The notes below the pieces were generated by a model. It was not told the DNA's origin, did not search any database, and worked only from the letters and a program-made list of their open reading frames with translations. Made by a program: the position numbers and the translations under genes. A stretch of 64,000 nt of DNA, from positions 2,398 to 66,397 of the forward strand of contig DMXM01000042.1 of the NCBI GenBank assembly GCA_003482905.1. Reading direction: 5' to 3'. The stretch comes from Elusimicrobiota bacterium. GTDB taxonomy: Bacteria; Elusimicrobiota; Elusimicrobia; Elusimicrobiales; UBA9959. This document shows, in pieces, positions 36,958 to 46,534 of this stretch (positions are counted from its first letter, which is position 1; every line of letters begins with the position of its first letter).

Positions 36958-37399
36958 AAACTCGTTATTTTCTATGCTCGTCCTGCTGGCGGCGGCAGCC
37001 GCGCCCGCCGGCGCCCAAGTCCAGGTTTCCTCTCCGGCGGTCACCGTGGACCAGGCCTACAGGCCGGTAAACCCGCGGGATCCGCTCGTGCCCGCGACCA
37101 TCTTCGGCGACCAGAAGGGCGCCCCCGGCGCCGCGAGGGCCGCCGCCCCGGGCGTAGCGAAGGGCTCTTTTACCGTTTATGGGCTTACGCTGACCGGCGT
37201 ACTTGAAGATTCGCGCGGACGCCAGGCGCTGCTGCGGGACCAGGCCACCGGGCTGCTTTACACCCTTAAGGCCGGCCGCCTGGTGGATCCGAATAAGAAA
37301 ACAGTGCCGGGCATTTCCGGCGTAATAAAAGGCAAGCAGGTTATCCTCCTGACCGAAGACAAGAAGGTGCATCAGATCAACCTGCGCGAGAAGGAATGA
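36950..37399 (+). CDS. PilP-like periplasmic protein
   Basis: Signal peptide LFSMLVLLAAAAAPAGAQ. 149 aa, positioned between pilO and pilQ. Assigned by context only. Confidence 0.45.
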   Translation: MVKNSLFSMLVLLAAAAAPAGAQVQVSSPAVTVDQAYRPVNPRDPLVPATIFGDQKGAPGAARAAAPGVAKGSFTVYGLTLTGVLEDSRGRQALLRDQATGLLYTLKAGRLVDPNKKTVPGISGVIKGKQVILLTEDKKVHQINLREKE

Positions 37400-37480
37400 A
37401 TTTTTACGGGAGCGGCGGCGCGTAATCAGCGCGCGGCGGCCAACGTCGCGTCGCGCGTAATGCGTTAGGAGAGACCAAAA

Positions 37481-39238
37481 ATGAAAAAAATAATAACTTT
37501 GGCCGTTACGGCCGTTTTCTTCGCCCAAAACACCCCGGTCCTTTACGCCGCGGAAATGGCTACGGTCCGCTCGGTGCGGGTTTCGGCCGACAGCGTTTAT
37601 ATCGCCACCGACCGTCCGGTGCAATATAAGGCGTTCACTATGGAGAACCCTTCCAAGCTTGTGCTGGAGCTTATGGATTCAAGGATGAAAACGCTCCAGG
37701 AGATCCCCGTCAACGGCCAGGTCCTGCGCGGAGTGCGCACCGGCCAGTTCAAGAGCGGTCCGGCCAGCGTCTCCCGCGTGGTAATGGACCTGACGCAGAA
37801 GACCGCCTATGAAATAACCCGCAAGGGAACCGAACTTATCGTCATGCTCGGCGCCCGCCCCGTCACGCGGCCGGCGGTGAAGGACGCCCCCGCGGCGCCG
37901 CCCGCCGGGGTAACCGTTATCCCCCCGGCCTCCGGGCAGGCGCAGGATAAGCCCATGGAAATGACGCTTGAGGCATCCCCGGTTAAACCGGCGGACCTCG
38001 TACGCGAAACCGTCCAGCCGGTATCCGGAAGCAAAACCTACGCCCCCTCCCAGGCGCGCGGCATAATGGACAACCTCTCGCGCGAACCGATAACTTTAGA
38101 CTACAACGAAGCCGACGTCCGTGAGGTCCTGAGTATGCTGGCCGCCAAGGCCGGCATCAATATCATTTACAGCGACGACGTGAGCGGCACTATCACGATA
38201 AGCCTGTCCAAGGTGCCCTTTGACGAGGCGTTTAGGACCATCCTTAACGTGAAGGCCCTCGCCGCGCAGCAGGCCGGGGACAATATCCTGCGTATCGCCT
38301 CCCCCGCCAGTTTCCTGGCGGAGCAGAAAAAAGCCATGCAGCAGACGCGCGTGTTCTTTCTCAGCTACTCTAAAGCGGCGGAGGTGAAGGCGCAGGTGGA
38401 CGCGGTGGCCAATGCGGAAGGCCGTACTAAAGCCAGCTGCAACGCCGACGACAATAACAACGCCCTCATCGTGACGGATTCTCCGATGGGAATAGAGGTC
38501 ACTTCCCGGCTTATAAAGAACCTGGACCGCCGGCCCCGGCAGGTGGTCATAGAAGCCAAGTTCGTGGAAATGTCCCTCCAGGACGACTACCACCTGGGCA
38601 TCCAGTGGTTCGCCAACAGCGTTAAAAATAACGGCGTCTATTCCCAGGCCTCGATACCCATACCGTTCGCCGAAACCATCTACGGCGCTTTCACTATGGG
38701 TAGGATGAACGCAAATTCTAATCTCGAAGCGACCATCATGGCAGCGGCCCAGAAAGGCAAGGCCAAGGTTCTTTCCGATCCCAAGATAACGACGCTGAAC
38801 AACAAAGAAGCCAATATAGACATCACGCAGCAAACCCCGTACACAACCGAGGAATGGTCCGCCACCACCCCGCCCGTCAGGACCATTAAGTCGGTTTATG
38901 TGACCACCGGCATCATGCTTAAGGTCACCCCCGTTATCAATTCCGACGGCAGGATACTCATGAAGGTAAAGCCCTCCGTGAGCCAGGTGGCCAAGGCCAC
39001 CATCCTTGGCGGGGCGCCGGGCATAGACACGAGGCAGGCCGACACAAACGTTATAGTGCGCAACGGCGAAACTATAGTGATAGGCGGCCTGATAACGGAT
39101 ACGCAATCCAACACCGTCTATAAAGTGCCGCTGCTGGGGGATATCCCTCTCATCGGCTGGCTGTTCAGGAAGAAGAGCGTGCTAAGAAGCAGGATGGAGC
39201 TTCTTATATTCGTAACGCCCAGGATAATGGAAGAATAG
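37481..39238 (+). CDS. pilQ: Type IV pilus secretin PilQ (AMIN domain + secretin)
   Basis: AMIN-like VRSVRVSADSVYIATDRPVQYKAF...KLVLELMD. Secretin C-terminus VPLLGDIPLIGWLFRKK...ELLIFVTPRI. Confidence 0.95.
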   Translation: MKKIITLAVTAVFFAQNTPVLYAAEMATVRSVRVSADSVYIATDRPVQYKAFTMENPSKLVLELMDSRMKTLQEIPVNGQVLRGVRTGQFKSGPASVSRVVMDLTQKTAYEITRKGTELIVMLGARPVTRPAVKDAPAAPPAGVTVIPPASGQAQDKPMEMTLEASPVKPADLVRETVQPVSGSKTYAPSQARGIMDNLSREPITLDYNEADVREVLSMLAAKAGINIIYSDDVSGTITISLSKVPFDEAFRTILNVKALAAQQAGDNILRIASPASFLAEQKKAMQQTRVFFLSYSKAAEVKAQVDAVANAEGRTKASCNADDNNNALIVTDSPMGIEVTSRLIKNLDRRPRQVVIEAKFVEMSLQDDYHLGIQWFANSVKNNGVYSQASIPIPFAETIYGAFTMGRMNANSNLEATIMAAAQKGKAKVLSDPKITTLNNKEANIDITQQTPYTTEEWSATTPPVRTIKSVYVTTGIMLKVTPVINSDGRILMKVKPSVSQVAKATILGGAPGIDTRQADTNVIVRNGETIVIGGLITDTQSNTVYKVPLLGDIPLIGWLFRKKSVLRSRMELLIFVTPRIMEE

Positions 39239-39323
39239 GACGCGGCAGTCTGAATTTAATTAAGCGCGCTTGTCCGCCCGCCGGGTACCGACCCGCGGGC
39301 GGATCTCTTTGTCGGACGGGCTC

Positions 39324-40352
39324 CTAGGGGGCTTTCCAGCCCGGCGGGGCCTTTTCGGAATGAATAAGGATGAAATCTCCGGACTGCGCCCCCGGCCTGT
39401 TCACAAAGGGCTTGGTTCTGTCCACGGGTTTAGGCGCCACGCCCGCGCCTGATCTGGAGAAAAAATAGGAAATGGAGAAATGGTGGGTTATGCCAAGGTT
39501 TCCGTAGGGGACGAAGGCGTAGTCCAGCGCCCAGGACCTTTCCCTGACGCCGCCGCCCAGCGTGAAATTATATCCCTGCGTTCTCAACCGGGTGCTATAG
39601 CCTGCCCTGAACATGATGGGCGCGGCGGCCGGGTTTTGCGGTAAAATATATTCCGCGCCGCCGGAGAGCCAGGCGCCGTCACGCGAACTGTTCACGTCCA
39701 GCGCCAGGGTAACCGCGTTCAGCGCCGCCTGCGCGCCTATTTTGAGGGTTTGGGGCAGATCCTCCGAGCGGCCGTTAAATTTGATTCCGCCGCCGCTATT
39801 TTTCAGGGCGGCGCCCAGGGTTATGCGGGAAAAACGCGCGATCATTCCCGCGTCCGCCGCGTAAGCCGAGGCCCTGCCGCCCAGTTTCATGGAAAGATTT
39901 TTGGCGGCGACGCCGAACGCCAGGGTCTTGCCTGCCTTAAAGCCCCAGGCCGCCGAGACCACCCTGTCCGAGGGATTTAAATCCCCGTCCACCGAACCGG
40001 TCTTGTCCAGGGAATCCATGGAACCGTAATCGAGGTACTGCCAGCCGGCCGCGAAAACACCCAGGCCCGCCGGGCAGGCCGCCGAGACCGCGCTATAGGC
40101 CACTTCCTCGAACCATCTGCTGTGGCCGGTGAAAACCGAGCACCGGTCTACAAAGCCGAGGCCGGCCGGATTCCAGAACAAGGCCGAGGAGTCGCCGCTA
40201 TAGGCCGCCCCCGTATCTCCGAGAGCGGCGTAGCGGGCCCCGGCGCCGAGCTTCAGTATCTGCCCGGCCGCATTACCCGCCGACGCCGCGGAGGCGTGCG
40301 CCGGCGGAACTAACAGCCCGGCGGCCAGGAAAAGAATAGTCGTTGTTTTCAT
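39324..40352 (-). CDS. PorV/PorQ-family-like outer-membrane beta-barrel protein
   Basis: Signal peptide. N-terminal signature LGAGARYAALGDTGAAYSGDSSALFWNPAGLGF; alternating beta-strand pattern; C-terminal aromatic end. Its ATG overlaps the protease stop (ATGA). Confidence 0.6.
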   Translation of the reverse strand: MKTTTILFLAAGLLVPPAHASAASAGNAAGQILKLGAGARYAALGDTGAAYSGDSSALFWNPAGLGFVDRCSVFTGHSRWFEEVAYSAVSAACPAGLGVFAAGWQYLDYGSMDSLDKTGSVDGDLNPSDRVVSAAWGFKAGKTLAFGVAAKNLSMKLGGRASAYAADAGMIARFSRITLGAALKNSGGGIKFNGRSEDLPQTLKIGAQAALNAVTLALDVNSSRDGAWLSGGAEYILPQNPAAAPIMFRAGYSTRLRTQGYNFTLGGGVRERSWALDYAFVPYGNLGITHHFSISYFFSRSGAGVAPKPVDRTKPFVNRPGAQSGDFILIHSEKAPPGWKAP

Positions 40353-42268
40353 CTTTCTATCACTATCTTTAAAGTCTGCGCGGCGGAACTGGAGGCGTCC
40401 TTTATGTGCGCGAAATAAACCCCGCTGGCCGCGTTTTTGCCTGCGGAGTTCTTCCCGTCCCAGATCTTCTTGTTCAGGTCCGTGGGGGTGACTTTCAGCT
40501 CCCGCACCAATTCCCCTAAAAGGGTGTAGATCCTTATGGTAGCGTTGGCCGGCGCCGCCGAGAAAGTGATTCCGGCCGCGTCATGGGTTCCGCCCGAGCC
40601 CGGCGTCCAGGGCCTGGGATAGGCGAGCATGGACAGCGAAGGCGGGGCGGTATCGTTCAGGCTGAAGGTCATGGGGTTACTGCTCGCGGAAATACTCCAC
40701 AATAACAGGTCAAGGTCCAGGGAATGATAGCTTTTGCTGTTCGGGGTCGTGGAGTCGCCGAAACTGGTGTTATTGCCCAGGCGGAAGTAATCGGCGTCAT
40801 CGCCGGAATTCGCGTTCAGTTCCAGGTCCTGCAGTCCGTCGGCCTGCTTAAGCCCCACCAGGTAATGTGTCTGGTCGTTGTTGTCGGCTACGGATTCGTC
40901 GACGTGCCAGATCAGCATGCCGCGCAGCGGCCCGGGGAGGCCGGCGTCAAAACCGTAGCCCTGCCTGTTTTCAGCCAGAAAATATTCGGCGGAGGAAAAA
41001 GCCCCGCTCTGAAAAAGATATAAAGCGTTGGCGTTGGTCTCTATCTGGGCCAGGGAATAAGCGCCGGCCGCCGACAGCCGGGTGGCGGTGGCCCAGCCCA
41101 GCTCCTTCTTGCACCAGGCGCTCGGATGGGAGGGGGAGGTGCCGTTGTTGCCGTTCCAGGAGCCTTCCGCCATCAGGCAGAATTTCCCGGCGCCGGCACT
41201 GTCCCCGCCGTAGTCGTAAAGGTCCGGCAGGCCGAGGAAATGGCCGTTTTCGTGGCAGATAACGCCTACGCGCGCGATGCCGGTTGAGGACGTCACCGAA
41301 TCCCAGCCCCGCACTTCGGGCTCGGTATGGTACATCTGCATGGCCACGCCGTTCTTGGTCACGGGCGCGGCGAGCGACCATTGATGGGACCAGATATAGT
41401 CCGGATTGTTGCCCGCCGACTCTTCGCCCAGGCCGGAGTGGATGATAGTGAGCCCGTCCACCAGCCCGTCGCCGTTGCCGTCGGCGGCGCTGAAATTGAA
41501 GCCGGTCGCGGCCAGCGCGTTTATGGCGTCCGAGATCATTTGCTGCGGGTGGGAATCCTGCCCGGCCAGGTCGTTGCCCCCGTAATAAGCGAAGGGCTGC
41601 GGAAGGGCCACCCACTCGGTCACCGTGGACTGGACTATAAGGCCGTTATATGAAACCTGGAGGTAATAATCTTTTACCGAGCCGGTAGCTCCGTCCACCG
41701 TGTAGCCGATATCGTTAAAAAGGCCGTCGAACTGGGCCCGGCTGTAGGTGGTGGTCTGGTCGGAGAACCTGGCCAGGATGACCAGGTTCTTCATGGTGCC
41801 GCTGAGTATGGGCGCCTTGGCCCGCCGCGCGGGCGCCCGGCGGCCGGCGGCCGCCGCGCGGTAAACGGGGTTTGTGTTCTTCAAATGTCTGCCGACGCCC
41901 ATTTTTTCCGGATCGATCGAGCCGACTTTGTGGCTGCCGGCCTTCAGCGAGCCGTCGGCGTCGCGTTCAGCGTAAAACCAATCCCCGGCGGGAGCGGTTT
42001 TAAGAATGGTGTAGCCTTTGTCGTCCTCGTTCCACTTGGAATATTCGTCTCCCCTCAGAAAGATCCGTATGCCGGAGCCGTCCGATTGCCTGACTTCGGC
42101 CCCGGCGGGGTTGGCCGGGACGGCCCGGGAGACGCCGGGAAGGAGCAGGCCCGGCAAAAGCAGGAATACGACGGGCGCCAAACCCTTTATAAAGTCGGTT
42201 CTAACAGATGTCGTTGATTTTTTCACCGCCAGCCCTCTTTGCGCCCGTTGGCGGACACAAAAATCCAT
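40349..42268 (-). CDS. Secreted M6-family (immune inhibitor A-like) zinc metalloprotease with a C-terminal FlgD-Ig/T9SS-CTD-like domain
   Basis: HExxH region VICHENGHFLGLPDLYDYG. C-terminus IRIYTLLGELVRELKV...WDGKNSAGKNAASGVYFAHI...TLKIVIER. Confidence 0.85.
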   Translation of the reverse strand: MDFCVRQRAQRGLAVKKSTTSVRTDFIKGLAPVVFLLLPGLLLPGVSRAVPANPAGAEVRQSDGSGIRIFLRGDEYSKWNEDDKGYTILKTAPAGDWFYAERDADGSLKAGSHKVGSIDPEKMGVGRHLKNTNPVYRAAAAGRRAPARRAKAPILSGTMKNLVILARFSDQTTTYSRAQFDGLFNDIGYTVDGATGSVKDYYLQVSYNGLIVQSTVTEWVALPQPFAYYGGNDLAGQDSHPQQMISDAINALAATGFNFSAADGNGDGLVDGLTIIHSGLGEESAGNNPDYIWSHQWSLAAPVTKNGVAMQMYHTEPEVRGWDSVTSSTGIARVGVICHENGHFLGLPDLYDYGGDSAGAGKFCLMAEGSWNGNNGTSPSHPSAWCKKELGWATATRLSAAGAYSLAQIETNANALYLFQSGAFSSAEYFLAENRQGYGFDAGLPGPLRGMLIWHVDESVADNNDQTHYLVGLKQADGLQDLELNANSGDDADYFRLGNNTSFGDSTTPNSKSYHSLDLDLLLWSISASSNPMTFSLNDTAPPSLSMLAYPRPWTPGSGGTHDAAGITFSAAPANATIRIYTLLGELVRELKVTPTDLNKKIWDGKNSAGKNAASGVYFAHIKDASSSAAQTLKIVIER

Positions 42269-42358
42269 GTCCGCTTTTCCCGCTTATTTGTATATTATAT
42301 ATCATAGTTATAGCATAGCCCCAAAAGCAGATTTGATTTTTCGGACTTTTTACAGAGA

Positions 42359-43801
42359 ATGCTGGCCTATACCTTTTTCGCCGTACTGGCGCTGTCACCC
42401 CTGCTGCAGGCGGTCTTCGACCTGCCGCTGCAGCTGGCTTTTCAGCGGGCCGTCCTTTTCTCCTGCCTGGCCTGGCTGCTGCTGGGCTTAAAGGGGCGCG
42501 GCCTGCCCGCAAGCCTGGCCGAAAAAAGATTTTATCCCCTCTGGGGCGCCGCGGCTTTGACCCTGGCGGCGCTTATTTACAGCCCGTTGCGCGGCCATAT
42601 CTTTAACGAGTGGGGGAACTATGCGGCGGGCCTGCTGATCTTCGTGTTCGCCTCTTTCCTTAATAGAGAAGAGCGCGCCCTGACGGACCGGGCGGTCATA
42701 GCCGGCGCCTGGCTGGTCTTCGGCTTTTCCCTCCTGCAGGCCTTCGTCCTGAAAAATTTCGCGGGCCACCCGCCGCTCACGAACCTTAACGCGCTGGCCC
42801 TGTACGCCGTGATGGTCATACCGCTGGCCCTCGGGCGGCGGCTGTGGGCGCTGGCCGGGGCGATGCTCATACTTATCGTCTGGACCCAGTCGCTGGGCGC
42901 GGCGCTGGCGGGGCTCGCCGCGGCCGGTTTTTACGCGGCGCACAGGCTTAAGGGCGGTGAACTTAAAGATAACGCCTGGCCCCTGGCGGCGCTGGCGGTT
43001 CTGGCCGTAGGCGTGCTTTACCTCCTGCAGGCCGACTCGGTGGCGGGGCGCCTGGCCTGGTGGAAAAGCGCCTGGGAGATGTTCCTGGCCCGGCCGCTGT
43101 CAGGTTTCGGATACGCGTCGTTCACCTGGGTCCAGGCCGCTTTCCAGGGCGAAGGGACCTTCAGGGAACACGCCATCTACGCGCACAACTATTACATCGA
43201 GTTCCTCGCCGAGAACGGCCTGCCGGCGGCTATCCTCTGGTTCTGGCTGCTGCTGCGCGCCGTCCGGGCTAAAACCGGCCTTGTAAGGTACTCTGTAATA
43301 GCCGCCCTCACCCACTCACTGGTGGACTTCGGCCTTTCGGTGCCCGCTAATTTCTGGCTTTTCTGTTATCTGCTCAGCTCCGAGGCCTCCGCCAAAGAGG
43401 CCGTCAGGCCGGCCCGCCGCCTGGCGGCGCCGGGTTTTGTGCTGGCGGCGCTGCTGGCGGCGGCGCTGCTGAACCTGGACTACCGCAGCCTGGCTTTTGA
43501 AAAGGCGCGCGGCCGCGCGCTGACCGCGGCGGTTCGCGGCGACGGCGCCGCTGCGGAGACGGAACTGCGGCCAGCCCTGGAGGGCAAACTTTTCAGAGCC
43601 CCCGCCCTTGAATTCCTGGGCCGGCTTAACCTGACGGCCCGCGACGCGGGCTTGAGTTCGGCGGTCTATTTCGAGATGGCTCTGATAGAGAACCGCTACA
43701 GCGCGGCCTCCTGGAGAGCGCTGAAGCGTATTTATTCGCTCCCGGGCCGCGAGGCGGCCGCCGCAGGTTTGGAGCGGCGCCGGGCGGAGGTGTTCAGGTG
43801 A
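42359..43801 (+). CDS. O-antigen ligase (Wzy_C) family membrane protein with a soluble C-terminal repeat region
   Basis: Multi-TM; loop motif HAIYAHNYYIEFLAENGLPA (H-x-H-N...E-x-G signature of the O-antigen ligase family). Confidence 0.75.
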   Translation: MLAYTFFAVLALSPLLQAVFDLPLQLAFQRAVLFSCLAWLLLGLKGRGLPASLAEKRFYPLWGAAALTLAALIYSPLRGHIFNEWGNYAAGLLIFVFASFLNREERALTDRAVIAGAWLVFGFSLLQAFVLKNFAGHPPLTNLNALALYAVMVIPLALGRRLWALAGAMLILIVWTQSLGAALAGLAAAGFYAAHRLKGGELKDNAWPLAALAVLAVGVLYLLQADSVAGRLAWWKSAWEMFLARPLSGFGYASFTWVQAAFQGEGTFREHAIYAHNYYIEFLAENGLPAAILWFWLLLRAVRAKTGLVRYSVIAALTHSLVDFGLSVPANFWLFCYLLSSEASAKEAVRPARRLAAPGFVLAALLAAALLNLDYRSLAFEKARGRALTAAVRGDGAAAETELRPALEGKLFRAPALEFLGRLNLTARDAGLSSAVYFEMALIENRYSAASWRALKRIYSLPGREAAAAGLERRRAEVFR

Positions 43802-45423
43802 TAAGCCGGTTCTTCTCGCCCTTAGCCAGGCCGTACCCGCAGGGGGTTTTCCTGGCGCTGGCCGTGGCGGCGGGGGGGCTGCGTTCGGAGGCCGCCTGGC
43901 TGGTCTTCGGCGCGCTTTTCCTGGTCTGGTTCTCTCTTTACGCGCGCGACCTCGGTTCGGCCGGACTGCGCGCGCCGGGATTGTTCTTCGCCTGGGTCCT
44001 GACCGCCGCGATTTTTTCACCCGACCCGGCGGCGTCGGCCGGGGTTTTTGCCGGGTACGCCGTTCTGGGACTGGTTTTCTTTTTGGCTTCGGCGCATGAG
44101 GAGGGGGGGCGCGGCTGGCTGTCGTTCGTGCTGGGCATCGGCGCCGCGGCCGCGGCCGTGCTGCTGGCGCAGAAGGCCCTGGGGGCCGGGGTCACCGGGC
44201 TTATCGGCGGCAACCCCAACTATTCGGCCGCTTTTTGCGCAGCGGCCTTCCCGGCGGCGCTGCTGGCCGCTTTATCCGGCGAGGTGAAGAAAAAAAAGAT
44301 CCTTAACGCGGCTCTTACCCTTCTGTTGGGGGCCGGCATAGCGGCTTCCGGCTCGCGCGGGGCGCTGTTGGCCGCCTTCCTGGCGACCACCGTCGGGCTT
44401 TATTCTTCCGGATACCGGCGGGCGCTGGCGGCCGTGCTGGCCGGCGCGGCCGGCCTGGCGCTGCTGTCCCCGGCGGCCCTGGAGGGGTTTCTGAAGTTTT
44501 CAGATCCGCGCGCTTTCGCGCGGCCGCGCCTGTGGGGCGCCGCGCTTGAGGCCGCCGCCGCAAGCCCGCTGCTGGGCTGGGGACCGGGATTGTTCGAGCG
44601 GGCTTTCGAAATATTTAAGTTCCCATATTTCGACGGCGCTTCCTATTACGGCCACGGCACCCTGCACGCGCACGGCGAGCTGTTCAACCTGGCGGCGGAG
44701 GCCGGCTTCCCGGCGGCGCTGTTCTTTCTGCTGGCCGCCGCCGGCGGCGTGCTGCGCGGCGGCGCCGAAAAGCTGCCGCTCAGGCTGGCGGCCCTGGCGG
44801 TCTTTTTACAGGGCGTCACGGACATAACATTTTATTCCGGGGCCGTGGGCCTGTTGTTCTGGGGCTCGCTGGGCTTTGCCGGCTCCGGCGGCGAGGTTTT
44901 TGTCTTGGATCAAAAGCGCAGGGTCGCCATAGCGGCGCTGCTGCTGGCCGGCCTGGCCCTGGCCCCGGCGGCGGGTCTGCCAGGCGGCCGGCGGGCTTTC
45001 CTTGCCCATTCCTACGAGGAAGCCCGCTCGGGCGGGAACCCCGCATTGACGCTGGCCCTGCTGCGGATCTCCGCCCTGGATAAGCCCAAGGACCCTTTTA
45101 CGCCGGGGGCGGAGGGGCGGGCGCTGGCCGCGGCCGGTAATTTCGAGGGAGCGGCGGCGAGATTCAGAGCGGCGCTGGAACTGGAGCCGTTTTACGCCGG
45201 AGCGCGTCTCGGCCTGGCCGGTGCGCTTGGCGCCGCGGGCCGCGCCGGGGAGTGTTCGGCCGAACTGCGCGCGCTGGAGACCCTGCCGACGGTTCCGCCG
45301 CGCGACGAATACCGGCGGGCGCTGCTGGACTATGACCGCGCCGGTTTTGTAAAACTAAGAAAAGAAATATGCGTGAAAAAGAAAACTGGCGGCGCTACTG
45401 CGCCCGGCCGGAAAGCGCGGTAG
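43798..45423 (+). CDS. Second O-antigen ligase family membrane protein with a C-terminal TPR-like region
   Basis: Multi-TM; GTLHAHGELFNLAAEAGFPA; C-terminus AAGNFEGAAARFRAALELEPFYAGARLGLA. GTGA overlap with the preceding gene. Confidence 0.7.
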   Translation: MISRFFSPLARPYPQGVFLALAVAAGGLRSEAAWLVFGALFLVWFSLYARDLGSAGLRAPGLFFAWVLTAAIFSPDPAASAGVFAGYAVLGLVFFLASAHEEGGRGWLSFVLGIGAAAAAVLLAQKALGAGVTGLIGGNPNYSAAFCAAAFPAALLAALSGEVKKKKILNAALTLLLGAGIAASGSRGALLAAFLATTVGLYSSGYRRALAAVLAGAAGLALLSPAALEGFLKFSDPRAFARPRLWGAALEAAAASPLLGWGPGLFERAFEIFKFPYFDGASYYGHGTLHAHGELFNLAAEAGFPAALFFLLAAAGGVLRGGAEKLPLRLAALAVFLQGVTDITFYSGAVGLLFWGSLGFAGSGGEVFVLDQKRRVAIAALLLAGLALAPAAGLPGGRRAFLAHSYEEARSGGNPALTLALLRISALDKPKDPFTPGAEGRALAAAGNFEGAAARFRAALELEPFYAGARLGLAGALGAAGRAGECSAELRALETLPTVPPRDEYRRALLDYDRAGFVKLRKEICVKKKTGGATAPGRKAR

Positions 45424-46523
45424 CCGGCAACGGAGCGGAGCTGCTGCCCGGCGGCGAGGCGGCCTTCTCCGCCATGCTGGCCGCCATAGGCGGCGCCCGG
45501 GACTTCGTCCTGCTGGAATTTTACGCCTTTTCCGACGATTCCATCGGCCGGGCCTTCGCCGACCTGCTTAAGGAAAAAGCGCGCGAAGGCGTGGCCGTGC
45601 ACCTCATCTACGACTCGGTGGGGTCCATATTGACGGACAGGGAATTCTTCCTTGACCTTGCGGCGTGCGGGGTGAAAGTGGCCGAATTCCGCCCCGTAAT
45701 TTTCTGGAAGCCTTATTGGAACTGGATAAAACGCGACCACCGCAAAACCGTCTGCGTAGACGGCCGCGCGGCCTTTGTCGGCGGGTTCAATATCACCGAG
45801 TACGACGCGCCCAAGTCCCTGGGCGGCCGCGGCTGGAAGGATACGCAGGCGCTGCTGCGGGGGCCGGCCGTGGCCGAGCTGGAGAGGATCTTCTGGGAAG
45901 CCTGGACGGCCTCCACCCCGGTGGCCGGAGAGCGTACGCCCGCGCTGCCCGTCTCAACCCCCGGCCCGGCCGGTGACACGCCGGTTTCCGTGCTATCGGC
46001 CGGCGGCATACGCAACGTGCGTTCCATACGGCGCAGCTACCGTTACGCCATAGACAAGGCCGTCGAGTATATATACATCACCAACGCCTATTTCCTGCCG
46101 GACCGCCTGGTTTACCGCCGCCTGGTCAAAGCCGCCCGCCGGGGCGTGGACGTGCGCGTTATCGCACCCAGGGACACGGACCACCCTTATGTGCGCTGGG
46201 CTTCCTGGGCCATGTACGCTCACATGATAAAGAACGGCGTGAAGATCTACGAGTGGCAGGGCCCCATACTGCATTCCAAGACCGCCGTGATAGACGGTGT
46301 CTGGTCTTCCGTGGGCAGCCATAACCTTGACCACCGCAGCCTGCATTATAACCTTGAGGTGAACCTCAACGTGTACGACCCGGTTTTCGGCAAGGCGCTG
46401 TGCGGGGCATTCAGGGATGACCTGAAATTGTCCAGGCTGGTTAACCTGGACGATATAAAAAAAAGGCCGTTCACTTCCAAGGCCGCCTCCGCGCTGCTCT
46501 ATCTCTTCCGTTCCCTGCTTTAG
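45369..46523 (+). CDS. cls: Phospholipase D family protein / cardiolipin synthase (ClsB-like)
   Basis: Two HKD motifs: DHRKTVCVDGRAAFVGGFN and LHSKTAVIDGVWSSVGSHNLD. Confidence 0.9.
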   Translation: MREKENWRRYCARPESAVAGNGAELLPGGEAAFSAMLAAIGGARDFVLLEFYAFSDDSIGRAFADLLKEKAREGVAVHLIYDSVGSILTDREFFLDLAACGVKVAEFRPVIFWKPYWNWIKRDHRKTVCVDGRAAFVGGFNITEYDAPKSLGGRGWKDTQALLRGPAVAELERIFWEAWTASTPVAGERTPALPVSTPGPAGDTPVSVLSAGGIRNVRSIRRSYRYAIDKAVEYIYITNAYFLPDRLVYRRLVKAARRGVDVRVIAPRDTDHPYVRWASWAMYAHMIKNGVKIYEWQGPILHSKTAVIDGVWSSVGSHNLDHRSLHYNLEVNLNVYDPVFGKALCGAFRDDLKLSRLVNLDDIKKRPFTSKAASALLYLFRSLL

Positions 46524-46534
46524 GGTGCTCCAGA

